The notes under the pieces were generated by a model. The model searched no databases. It was given only the letters and a program-made list of their open reading frames with translations, and had not been told where the DNA came from. The position numbers and the translations under genes are program-made. This document shows positions 17,305 through 26,023 of a stretch of DNA of 44,014 nt, one piece after another; the first letter of the stretch is position 1, and each line of letters starts with the position of its first letter. Source of the stretch: Candidatus Sigynarchaeum calidifontis (GTDB lineage: Archaea > Asgardarchaeota > Lokiarchaeia > Sigyniarchaeales > Sigyniarchaeaceae); NCBI GenBank assembly GCA_030587475.2, contig JAUQYZ020000257.1:1-44014 (forward strand), in the 5' to 3' direction.

Positions 17305-18396
17305 TCAGAAGGTCGTTGCCAAGTATGCATCATACGCGTCGTGTAGTGCCAGGGCCGGCACAGAGTATTGTTTCGACAAGTAGTGGGGGATGTCAAACAC
17401 GACGATCTTGTCCGCGTATCGACATTCCACGTCGAGCTGCGTGGCGAGGCGGTCCATCGTGCAAGGTAGCCAGGTGTCGATGTCGAATATCTCGAGGTCG
17501 GTCCAGAACTCGACCCCCGCGGCGGCGCAGCTGTCCGCGATGGCGGCGTAGATGGGCGGGAGGTCCTTCGCCGGGTCGCACCGCCTTGCACCGACGCTGT
17601 CCTGGACCATGAGCACGTCGATGCCCGCCGCGGCGAGGAGGGCATCCGCGTACGAACGCGCTTGCCCGTACCAAGCGGGCGCGCACGCGGGCGCGACCGA
17701 GATCTGGAGCCGGTGCCTGCCGAACGCAGCCAGCTCGGCCTCCTTGACGGCGGCGGCGATCCTGGCGAGGAATTTCCCGTATCGCTTGCCCTCTGGAGCG
17801 CCCGCATCGCTGCCAAAGATGTCCTCGTAGGGGAGGTAGATGCCCGCGAGGCTCGGGAGGTGCTTGTAGCGGCCGAGTATCTCGCTCGCGAGGAATTTCG
17901 CCTCGTCAATCTCCGCCGCGAGCCACGTCGCGTCGTCCATGTGCCACCAAAACGTCCAGTCCGCGGATAGACCGACGTGAACGCGGAGTCCGTGCTTCTC
18001 GGCCAGGTCAAAGAACACGTTGAGCATGTCGGGCAGGTCGTGGTTCGGGAAGGAAGCGTTCGCGACCGTCATGCCCGCCCCGACCGAGGTCGCATCAAAG
18101 GGGTACTTGCTTGACTGGTAGAGCGTCTTGTTGGTCGCCGCGTCGTGGATCCACTGGAGGATGATCGTGTCTATGCCCAGTGCCGCGAGTTCACCGAGCT
18201 CTGCGTCCCACATGGTGTAATTCCACGTCGCAAGCCCTGTATATTGGATGAAAGTGCCAGCGATTCGCTGCGCGACCTTGCGCGTCGGCCGGAGAAAATC
18301 GTGCTGGAAGTTGAGGTAGTAGGCCACGGGATATTCCGTGGCAGCTACCACGAGGAGTATAACAGTGCCGACGCGAAAGGCTTTTGACGCGTTCAT
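17305..18396 (-). CDS. DUF4434/DUF5109-like glycoside-hydrolase-type TIM-barrel protein with N-terminal membrane anchor
   Basis: IAGTFIQ, LGIDTIILQW, AEKHGLRVHVGL, GIYLPYE, DVLMVQDSVG, FWTDLEIF. Hydrophobic N-terminus. ATG at 18396 preferred. Confidence 0.75.
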   Translation of the reverse strand: MNASKAFRVGTVILLVVAATEYPVAYYLNFQHDFLRPTRKVAQRIAGTFIQYTGLATWNYTMWDAELGELAALGIDTIILQWIHDAATNKTLYQSSKYPFDATSVGAGMTVANASFPNHDLPDMLNVFFDLAEKHGLRVHVGLSADWTFWWHMDDATWLAAEIDEAKFLASEILGRYKHLPSLAGIYLPYEDIFGSDAGAPEGKRYGKFLARIAAAVKEAELAAFGRHRLQISVAPACAPAWYGQARSYADALLAAAGIDVLMVQDSVGARRCDPAKDLPPIYAAIADSCAAAGVEFWTDLEIFDIDTWLPCTMDRLATQLDVECRYADKIVVFDIPHYLSKQYSVPALALHDAYDAYLATTF

Positions 18397-18477
18397 ACGT
18401 GCTCCTCTCGCTTGCGGGGATTTAACAATGTCGCCTGGCAAAAAGGAGGACAATAATAATTAACAAGAACGTAAAGG

Positions 18478-19140
18478 TTAGCCGTCGAGTTCCTTCTTGA
18501 GTTTTTCGAGCTCTTTTTTGACCTTCTCGCTGCGGGTGGCCTCGTCCTCGACCGACTCGGGCTCATCTTCCAACGGAACCGCTATGTTGCTTGTTGGTGT
18601 CGAGGGCAAGGTTTGGCCATCGAGCATAACTGCCGCCTTGAGCTCCTCGAGTTCTTCCTCGACCGCATCGCTTTCCGCTTCGCTCTCCGGGTTTTCTGAC
18701 ATGACCTCGGCGCTTTCATCCAAGGCTGCTATGGCTTCCTCCGATTCTTCGTTCAATTCCATAATTTGTTCGGGCTGGAGCTCTTCAACGTGCTTCTTGA
18801 GTACGGCAGTCGTGGATTTCATGGTCTGGCCCATGGTCTTGATGGTTTCCGCTGACTCGATGGCATCCGATTGGCGTTCCAATTTTAAAATAAATCCTTG
18901 AAATCTTTCCAAGTTATTAAGAGCACGCTTCCTGCGAATGAGATAAGTCTTAGCCAGGTTTATGTTACCATCAATAACCGCTTTTCTTGCTTTGAGTTGA
19001 AGATCTTGAGCATCTTTCTCGTATTTCTTGATGCCAAGTCTAATCTGGTTGATAGATTGCTTGAGATCGGCCTTACCGGTATCGACACTTGGCTGCTTCT
19101 TTTTCGGAAAGAGCTTCTTCATCTTGATCAATCCGTTCAT
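18478..19140 (-). CDS. ESCRT-III / Snf7-family protein (Vps20/32/60-like)
   Basis: Basic N-terminus KKLFPKKK, helical hairpin ARKAVIDGNINLAKTYLIRRKR...LERQSDAIESA, acidic VEEELEELK, LPSTP and a terminal KKELEKLKKEL helix. Start 19140 or 19122. Confidence 0.88.
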   Translation of the reverse strand: MNGLIKMKKLFPKKKQPSVDTGKADLKQSINQIRLGIKKYEKDAQDLQLKARKAVIDGNINLAKTYLIRRKRALNNLERFQGFILKLERQSDAIESAETIKTMGQTMKSTTAVLKKHVEELQPEQIMELNEESEEAIAALDESAEVMSENPESEAESDAVEEELEELKAAVMLDGQTLPSTPTSNIAVPLEDEPESVEDEATRSEKVKKELEKLKKELDG

Positions 19141-19353
19141 GCTGCTTAATCTAAAAAAAGTTATGGATAAAGGCCATGAATCAAGGTTATCGCAATGTTC
19201 GATAGACGTGTATGCGGCACGCCACGACATGATGATGATCCGAGATAACAATAATCGAAAGTCGCGTCTTGCACTCGATATCCAAAAGCTGCTTTGCTTG
19301 TAAGCACTATCAAATGACATCTATCGTATTGGAAAAAGAACTATGTAAAATTG

Positions 19354-19930
19354 ATGAAAAAATACGACCACACCCTCACACACGACGCCAATTCCCAGCG
19401 CCCCAGCGGGCACCATCTGGTTCGAATCAATCGTCCAGTTCGTCGGGGGTAACAAGACTGTATTCACGAAAGACATCAACCCGGAAAAAATGAAGGAGCT
19501 TCAAAAGGCTATGGAAAAACCGAAGGAAATGAAAGCAACCACCCACGTGCTGGCCAAGGCTGCGACAGAACCGAAGCCAATAACTCCCGTGGCTATCGTT
19601 TCGGGTGTGCAATCCTCTGCAGCGGCTGAACCAAAAGCAGCAACTCCTTTGGGTAATGCATCGAAAAGCTTATTTCCTGCGGAGGAGGTAACAAGCAAAA
19701 TAGTAGAAGCTGCTGGACTTTCGAAGGTTTCATCTCTTGCAGTGGTAACACCGGAAACATAATCACCCGTTGCAGTGGAATTAAAGGTGGAGAAATTTGC
19801 GGAAGAAGAAATGAGATTGGATTTCGTCAATATCGAGAATGAACACGATTGCGGGAAGAGCGGAGAAAAAAAGGCGATATATTCGATTTTCCCGGCATGG
19901 AAAAATAACCTTCTTAATATTTTTCGCTGA
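19354..19930 (+). pseudogene. Probable disrupted gene for a low-complexity Ala/Pro/Glu/Lys-rich protein
   Basis: One protein-like frame runs 19361-19930, broken by TAA at 19760. The ATG at 19354 is out of frame across an A6 run. Confidence 0.35.
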
Positions 19931-19998
19931 TTACTTATTCTATAGCTAAGCATGGTCTTGCGTTACCGTGCTCAATGGCATATACAAGCGTGCTGTCC

Positions 19999-22900
19999 AT
20001 GAATACTAAAGTCTTGCACGAGATCAAGCACTTATTCTCTAGCGGCCAGAAAGACTTCAAGCACGGTGATTTTAATTCGGCTCTCGTGCAGTTCAATGCA
20101 GCATTTGGCAAATTCCGAGACCATGGCGACTCGGAAGGTATGGCCGAGACCCTATACGAAATCGGCATAACACAACAGAAGCTCGGGCAGTTCAATGATG
20201 CTATCGTGTCATTGAAGGAGGCTTTGGAACTATACCGCTTCTTGAAGAAGCAAGAACGCGAAGTAATCACTTTGCACGCCATCGGTATAATACAAGCTGA
20301 AATTGGTGCCGACGAGATTGCCACGAAATATCTGGAAGATGCACTTGCTATATACAAGATCAAGGATTACAAATCAGGTATTGCCGCTATCCAATTCGAG
20401 CTCGGCAACATCTACTTTAAAGGCGGTGAACACGCAGAGGCAAGGCGTCAATACGAGGAAGCCGTTGCGATCATCAAGCAAATCGATGGCATAATGGGTA
20501 TGGCCAAGGTCAAATATATGCTCGCACTCCTCGATTTCGTGGAAGGGGACCTCGATGCTTGTATGGAGAAACTTGACGAGGCGAGTGCCTTGTTCCAGAA
20601 TGATTCGGACATCGAGGGTCAAGTCCGCGTACTTTCCATCGAGGGCCTCATCGCGTTAAGAAAGGGCAATACGAAGGAGGCGGAAAATTGCTTTGACGAG
20701 TGTGCGCGCTTGGTTGCCGAGGGATATTTGCGGGAACCGTCCAAGACAGGTGTGCTGGATAAGCAGATGGAAGTCCAGCTTCTCCTCTATATGGGCACCT
20801 TGCTATTCAACGACACCAAGTACAACCTCCCGGATCTTGGAATGACACTGCACCTGCGCGCATACAAGTATTTCGAGGATGCAGTTGTACTGGCAGAAAA
20901 AATCAAATATCGGAGCGGCGTATGCCAGGGTCTTTTCAATATGGGGATGATCCTATTCGATAGGGGAGATTTAGACAGTATCAAATCTTCCGTCGACAAA
21001 TTTTCTAGCGTGCTCGACATTGCGAAAGAAATCAAGAACAACGAGCTGATCGTAAAAAGTTTACTTTTCCTGGGAATTGCCCATAGGTGCTTGAACAAGC
21101 ACGACCAAGCATTGGTTTACTTGCAAGATTGCTCGATTATCTCCAAGCGGCTTAAATACGCTATGCTAGAGGCCCGTGCATTGATGGAGAAGACGCGCAT
21201 CATGCTCGTATTCGGGAAGCTCGATGATGGGTTTTCAACTCTAGCCCAAGCGCGCGCCATCGTTGCCGGGAACGCGGATCTCGCCGTGCTCGACTGGGAG
21301 ATCCTCGTCCTCCAGAGTGATCTCTACCAAGGCACCGGGGCGCTAGACAAGGCAACAGAGTCATTACTCAGAGCACGGGATGAATGTATCAATCGGAACG
21401 ATAAGAAAGGGCTCGTCAAGGTATTGCACGAGATGGTCAAGCTCGACGAGCGACAAGGTTTCATTTCCCATGCCATCGCATGTTTGACCGAGATCGAGTC
21501 CATCCATAAGGCTTCAAACCAGTTCACCGAGATGTCGCGGGCCAGGATCGATAAGGCTAGGCTCGTTTTCATTTCGGGCGATGTCGATCGTGCCATGGGC
21601 ATGCTACGTGACGAGATCACGTTCATCCGTGACACTGGCATCACTGATGGCGACGCGCTTATCGCTAGTGCCAGGGTTATTCTCTTCAAGATTCTTAAAT
21701 TCAAGAACGAGATCATAGAATCGGAGGAAATATTTCGTGATTTACTTTCATACTTTAGCGAAAACAATAAAATGTCACAATTGTTTGATATATTCATCGA
21801 AATCGCATATGATGCCATAGATGATGGCAATATCATCTCATTAAAACGCTCGATGGAAAAACTATGGAAGATCATTAGCCAGTCACGCGAAACGATCGAA
21901 CAAAGCGAGCAACTAGTCTATTTCCTTCATGTATATGGCTTGATGCATCAATGCGAGGGAACTGCAGCAAGTCTCGATTTGGCACGGAAATACTTCGGGG
22001 AATGCCTCACCATCATCCAGAAGGCAAATATGGACGATATGAAGCCCGTGATCACTGCCCAACTGGCAGATCTGGCCGTCGTCGAAGGAAAAGGAGAAGC
22101 TCTTTCCCTTTTCAACGAGGCACTCCGGCACTTCACGGAGGCGGGAAAACTCTTGGACGCGGTTCGAGTCCATGAACAGATCGCCTGGATTCTTTACACT
22201 AGCGGAAATCTCGACGAAGCGCTCGATCACGCTTTAAACGCGGCCCGGATGTTCGAGGATCACTTGATTGCCCATTCTCCATATGATATTACCAATGACA
22301 TCAAGCGAAAGTTCCACTACTATACCCGGCGGTTCGATGTATATGCTTTCCTTGCAAGCTTGTATCTCGAAAAATTTATCCAAGAAAAGGACGATATCGC
22401 ACTAGAGCGGGCATTGATCTCAGTTGAGTTCCAAAAGATTTATACTTTCCACCAGCAATACTATGCAAAGCACATGTTCACGATGCTATCTTGCCCGAAA
22501 CTAGAAAAATACATCGAACAAGATGAGCAGCTGTCAAGGGAGGCCGTGGTGAAGCAGAAATCGATCAATTTCCTCGCGGATTGTAAAGCATTCCACGAGC
22601 GGATCTTGATGACTCCCGATGCACATAAAGAATTCACGAAGAGAACAATCGATTTCTTGAAGGAAAAATTGAAGGACGAGCGCGCGGCGCTTGCAAGTAT
22701 CGTGTCGAAGGTCAAACTCAACCGTGCGTACTTGATGGAATGCAAGGATCCAGGCTCACTGCTGCCATTCATCGGATTCAACGTGGTAAAGCAAGCGCAA
22801 AAACAGCTAGCAAAATACCCGGATTTCGCAGTGCTCGATTATGCCATCCTTCCTGGGATCGCTAAGATTGCCACTTTTTTAATGTACAAGGATCGCATTG

Positions 22901-23862
22901 AAGTTTTTTTAAAAGAATTGACCCCCGATTTTTTTGCAATTATCGATCGATTGCGCGAGGCACGCTCGATGGTACATGCGGCCGAGATCCTCGTCTTGCA
23001 CCGGCAGCTAACGGCTTGGCTATTTCCGCCCCGGTTAAAAGAATGCATGGCTAAACAAGGTGTAAAATACATTTTCATATCACCAGATGCCAGGCTCGGC
23101 GACGTGTTCTTTACGCTGCTTGGCGATGACAATGATTTAGCTAAAACCTTCACGTTTGTTTATATATCGCACTTGATCGATTTCAAGATCGTGATGCGGG
23201 AGGGGACAGGAGCCAAGGGGTCGGGAGGCTTGAATTTTTACATTCTGTTCCCGGATGCAACAGACGAGATCACGATCGACGAGAAGGCCAACTTCGAGCA
23301 TTTTTTCGCTGGACGTTCCAGCAAGGCTCCTCATGCAAGCCCCGCCCATGTTATTATGGTGGATAATGATGCTGGCTATCAAGGGTTGAAGGACATCGCA
23401 AGGATCAACCCGAATGTCATCCATTACACCGGAACTTGTTTTTTTCCTGCGTCATTGCCATTTAAAGGACATTTGAATATGAATGACCGCTCGTACTTCC
23501 TCGAAGATTTCATGGACCTCGATCTCGCCAACAAGCAAGGCTTGCTGTGCATATCTTCGACCGATGAAAGCCCTCTCGATATCAATCAAGCTCTCGTTTC
23601 GTGGAAGACTCTCGCGCTGTGCAACATCCCCCATCTCTTCTTCGTGCAATCCCGATTTGGTTCCTCCGGGCGGATATTCACGTTCTTCTATGATTGCTTG
23701 CTCAAAGGGGATACGATCGGGCAAGCCTACCACAACACTATGCTTTACTTTGCAAAAATGCAAGAGATCTCGCCACTCGCGCTCTCAAGCCACGTGCTGA
23801 TAGCCAATCCATTCTGGAAGCTTGCTGGCGTTGAAGCAGCTGAAAAAGAAGAGGAGATTTAG
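19999..23862 (+). CDS. Large TPR-repeat protein with C-terminal CHAT (caspase-like) domain, catalytic dyad degenerate
   Basis: Many TPRs (e.g. AETLYEIGITQQKLGQFNDAIVSLKEALELYR), CHAT-type FISPDARL, VIHYTGT and LCISST, and terminal GQAYH...HVLIANP. Start 19975 or 19999. Confidence 0.8.
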   Translation: MNTKVLHEIKHLFSSGQKDFKHGDFNSALVQFNAAFGKFRDHGDSEGMAETLYEIGITQQKLGQFNDAIVSLKEALELYRFLKKQEREVITLHAIGIIQAEIGADEIATKYLEDALAIYKIKDYKSGIAAIQFELGNIYFKGGEHAEARRQYEEAVAIIKQIDGIMGMAKVKYMLALLDFVEGDLDACMEKLDEASALFQNDSDIEGQVRVLSIEGLIALRKGNTKEAENCFDECARLVAEGYLREPSKTGVLDKQMEVQLLLYMGTLLFNDTKYNLPDLGMTLHLRAYKYFEDAVVLAEKIKYRSGVCQGLFNMGMILFDRGDLDSIKSSVDKFSSVLDIAKEIKNNELIVKSLLFLGIAHRCLNKHDQALVYLQDCSIISKRLKYAMLEARALMEKTRIMLVFGKLDDGFSTLAQARAIVAGNADLAVLDWEILVLQSDLYQGTGALDKATESLLRARDECINRNDKKGLVKVLHEMVKLDERQGFISHAIACLTEIESIHKASNQFTEMSRARIDKARLVFISGDVDRAMGMLRDEITFIRDTGITDGDALIASARVILFKILKFKNEIIESEEIFRDLLSYFSENNKMSQLFDIFIEIAYDAIDDGNIISLKRSMEKLWKIISQSRETIEQSEQLVYFLHVYGLMHQCEGTAASLDLARKYFGECLTIIQKANMDDMKPVITAQLADLAVVEGKGEALSLFNEALRHFTEAGKLLDAVRVHEQIAWILYTSGNLDEALDHALNAARMFEDHLIAHSPYDITNDIKRKFHYYTRRFDVYAFLASLYLEKFIQEKDDIALERALISVEFQKIYTFHQQYYAKHMFTMLSCPKLEKYIEQDEQLSREAVVKQKSINFLADCKAFHERILMTPDAHKEFTKRTIDFLKEKLKDERAALASIVSKVKLNRAYLMECKDPGSLLPFIGFNVVKQAQKQLAKYPDFAVLDYAILPGIAKIATFLMYKDRIEVFLKELTPDFFAIIDRLREARSMVHAAEILVLHRQLTAWLFPPRLKECMAKQGVKYIFISPDARLGDVFFTLLGDDNDLAKTFTFVYISHLIDFKIVMREGTGAKGSGGLNFYILFPDATDEITIDEKANFEHFFAGRSSKAPHASPAHVIMVDNDAGYQGLKDIARINPNVIHYTGTCFFPASLPFKGHLNMNDRSYFLEDFMDLDLANKQGLLCISSTDESPLDINQALVSWKTLALCNIPHLFFVQSRFGSSGRIFTFFYDCLLKGDTIGQAYHNTMLYFAKMQEISPLALSSHVLIANPFWKLAGVEAAEKEEEI

Positions 23863-25886
23863 AACTGCAAGCCTTGTGTCGACGTTTGGATCGAAGCGAG
23901 CCTTCTACGCAACTCTTGACCCTCCTGGTTGAGGGCAATCATCTTTTCGGAAAATAGCTGGTGCGTCGAAAAGTAGACGCTAGCAGCGATCTTGCCAAGC
24001 TCGAATTTGGCTTCGAGGTTTCGCATCGTTTCCTTGATGGACGCTATGCGCTGCTCGATCGCTTGCAGTTGATTCATGAGCATGCGGATTTCTTGAGATT
24101 TCTGGATCCTGGCTTGCATTAGTTGTTGCTGGTAAGCATCGACACCTTGCTGCATATTTCCGCTGCCCGTTCCGGCATTTGATCCGAAAGACGTCATACC
24201 TGTAGCAGGTGAGCTATACATTGCCGTTGTGGCCGGTTGAGGTGCGAATATGGGAACTTGAAAGCGTGTGTCGACCTGGGGGTATGCTTGGGTCAGGACT
24301 TGTTGGGTTTGTCCTTGGCCGTGCCCGCACACCGGGTTGTAGTACCGACTGTCCACGTTCGGGATCACGGGGGTTGTTAAAAAATCCTGAGGTGCGGCAT
24401 CCGGCTGGCAAATATCGACTGGGAACATGTTTCCGTCCACGTAATATTTCCCACAATGGGCGTTATGGATTCCTTGGGAGCCCGGCGATGCGCCCGCCGA
24501 CCGTGGTCCTTGGTCAAAGGGGTTGTCGCCAGCGATGGTCAGGATTTGATCGAGTTCCGTGTTCGAGGTCGCTGCCACGCTAGCTTGGTTCCTCGTGAGT
24601 TGGGAGACTGGTGAGCCGGCATACTGGGTCGGCGCAGTTGGAGGACTCGTATCGCATGGGTTGAGCAAGCTATTGATGTTTTCTTCGATAAAGGCCTTGA
24701 TCTTGAAGATCGAGTTCACATCAAACGCCTTGATCCGTTGGATCTTGTCTTGGTCCAGCTTGTTCAGCGTTTCGAAATTTAACAACTGGTCGAAATACTT
24801 GGCGAGCAACTGCATTTTCTCCTTGTCCATGTTGAACTTCAAGTTGATGCCTTGGAACTGCAAGGCCATGCGCTTGAAGATCCTCCCGATGATGTCGGTC
24901 GATAACAATTTACTGACGGGAAACGAGAAGAGCAGCGCGTCGGTCTTCTTGATGTGCCCCTGGCACTTGATAAATTTGAAAGACTTGGTCGTGAGGAGCA
25001 CGTGGCCGTGCCCTTTGTGTTCCTCGTCGTCAGATTCCAGTTTGACGTCCTCCACGTGTATAACCGGGTATTCTGCCTTGTCGATGCTGATGATGCCCTT
25101 GTTCATATACTTGATGAAAAATTCCTTGATCGTAAGCAAAAACTCGATTCGATCTTTCAATGATTGCAGCATCTCAAGCGGCTGGTTGAAACTCTCTGAT
25201 ACCTGGGCCGTGAACGACAAGAAATCCGATTGTAACTGGCTGATGTATGTTTCCAGAACCGCCACGTCCTGGTTCTGCCATGTCTTACCGTCGAAAAAAT
25301 ATGGCTTCTTTGATCGAAGAAAGAGGAAAAAATGCTGGATCCTGTTCATTATCCGGCGTTCGATGAGAGCCCCCTCCTCGAAGAGACTTAGCATCTCTTG
25401 TTCCAATCCAGGCTCGTGGAGCATAACCGGCAGTTCTAAACGCAATTTCATGAGTTTTTGCTTGGCCGTGCTAAGGATTCCCGTGAAGTTGGAAAATTCT
25501 TCAAGGATATTCCGGCTGTCGATGACGATGCTCTTGTATTTTTCTTTTAAGTTACTCTTTAACTCGTCGATCTCGGACGTGTTCGGCGAGCGGCATTTCG
25601 GGCAGACTTGTTTATCACGTTGTACTGAAACGATTCGTGCACTGCCAATGCCCTCTTCCTTGCATTGTCTGCAGAAAAATTCGCCGGTCTTCTCATCAAT
25701 TGCGAAAAAATTCATTCCACATTCGCTGCACACCTGAACCTCCTCCTTTTCCTTCACCACGCAAGAATCACAGAAAATAATGTGGCAGTCATGACAGAAG
25801 TGGTTGGCCGAACGAATATTTTTGTTGCAGACCTCGCATTCCATGAAATTGGGCAATACATGGCGAGACATGGCTGTTTGACTCAT
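23859..25886 (-). CDS. Multidomain protein: B-box-like Zn finger, Zn ribbons, coiled coil, PH/GRAM-like domain, low-complexity region, steadiness-box-like C-terminus
   Basis: CEVC-x9-HFCHDCHIIFCDSC, CSEC/CRQC/CPKC, GHVLLTTKSFKF, LEAKFELGKIAASVYFSTHQLFSEK. Confidence 0.65.
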   Translation of the reverse strand: MSQTAMSRHVLPNFMECEVCNKNIRSANHFCHDCHIIFCDSCVVKEKEEVQVCSECGMNFFAIDEKTGEFFCRQCKEEGIGSARIVSVQRDKQVCPKCRSPNTSEIDELKSNLKEKYKSIVIDSRNILEEFSNFTGILSTAKQKLMKLRLELPVMLHEPGLEQEMLSLFEEGALIERRIMNRIQHFFLFLRSKKPYFFDGKTWQNQDVAVLETYISQLQSDFLSFTAQVSESFNQPLEMLQSLKDRIEFLLTIKEFFIKYMNKGIISIDKAEYPVIHVEDVKLESDDEEHKGHGHVLLTTKSFKFIKCQGHIKKTDALLFSFPVSKLLSTDIIGRIFKRMALQFQGINLKFNMDKEKMQLLAKYFDQLLNFETLNKLDQDKIQRIKAFDVNSIFKIKAFIEENINSLLNPCDTSPPTAPTQYAGSPVSQLTRNQASVAATSNTELDQILTIAGDNPFDQGPRSAGASPGSQGIHNAHCGKYYVDGNMFPVDICQPDAAPQDFLTTPVIPNVDSRYYNPVCGHGQGQTQQVLTQAYPQVDTRFQVPIFAPQPATTAMYSSPATGMTSFGSNAGTGSGNMQQGVDAYQQQLMQARIQKSQEIRMLMNQLQAIEQRIASIKETMRNLEAKFELGKIAASVYFSTHQLFSEKMIALNQEGQELRRRLASIQTSTQGLQF

Positions 25887-26023
25887 CACGACGCATCGAC
25901 ACCCGTGTTTTACTAACCTACGGCTACACTCCGACCTGGGGACTACTTATATGGCCATGTCATCCCGATCATCCGCCAAGGAAAGATAGATAAGGGCCAA
26001 GGACGGCGTCAAAGCGAGCAGTA

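Noticed and set aside
17103-18011. 302-aa minus-strand Arg/Ser-rich ORF
   Set aside because: Alternative frame inside the GC-rich DUF4434-like gene.
19141-19320. 60-aa N-terminal extension of ESCRT-III given by the ORF track
   Set aside because: AT-rich, promoter-like sequence. The Snf7-like region begins at M19140/19122.
24559-25737. 392-aa plus-strand ORF
   Set aside because: Antisense shadow of the B-box/PH gene, with Ser/Leu-rich non-protein-like composition.
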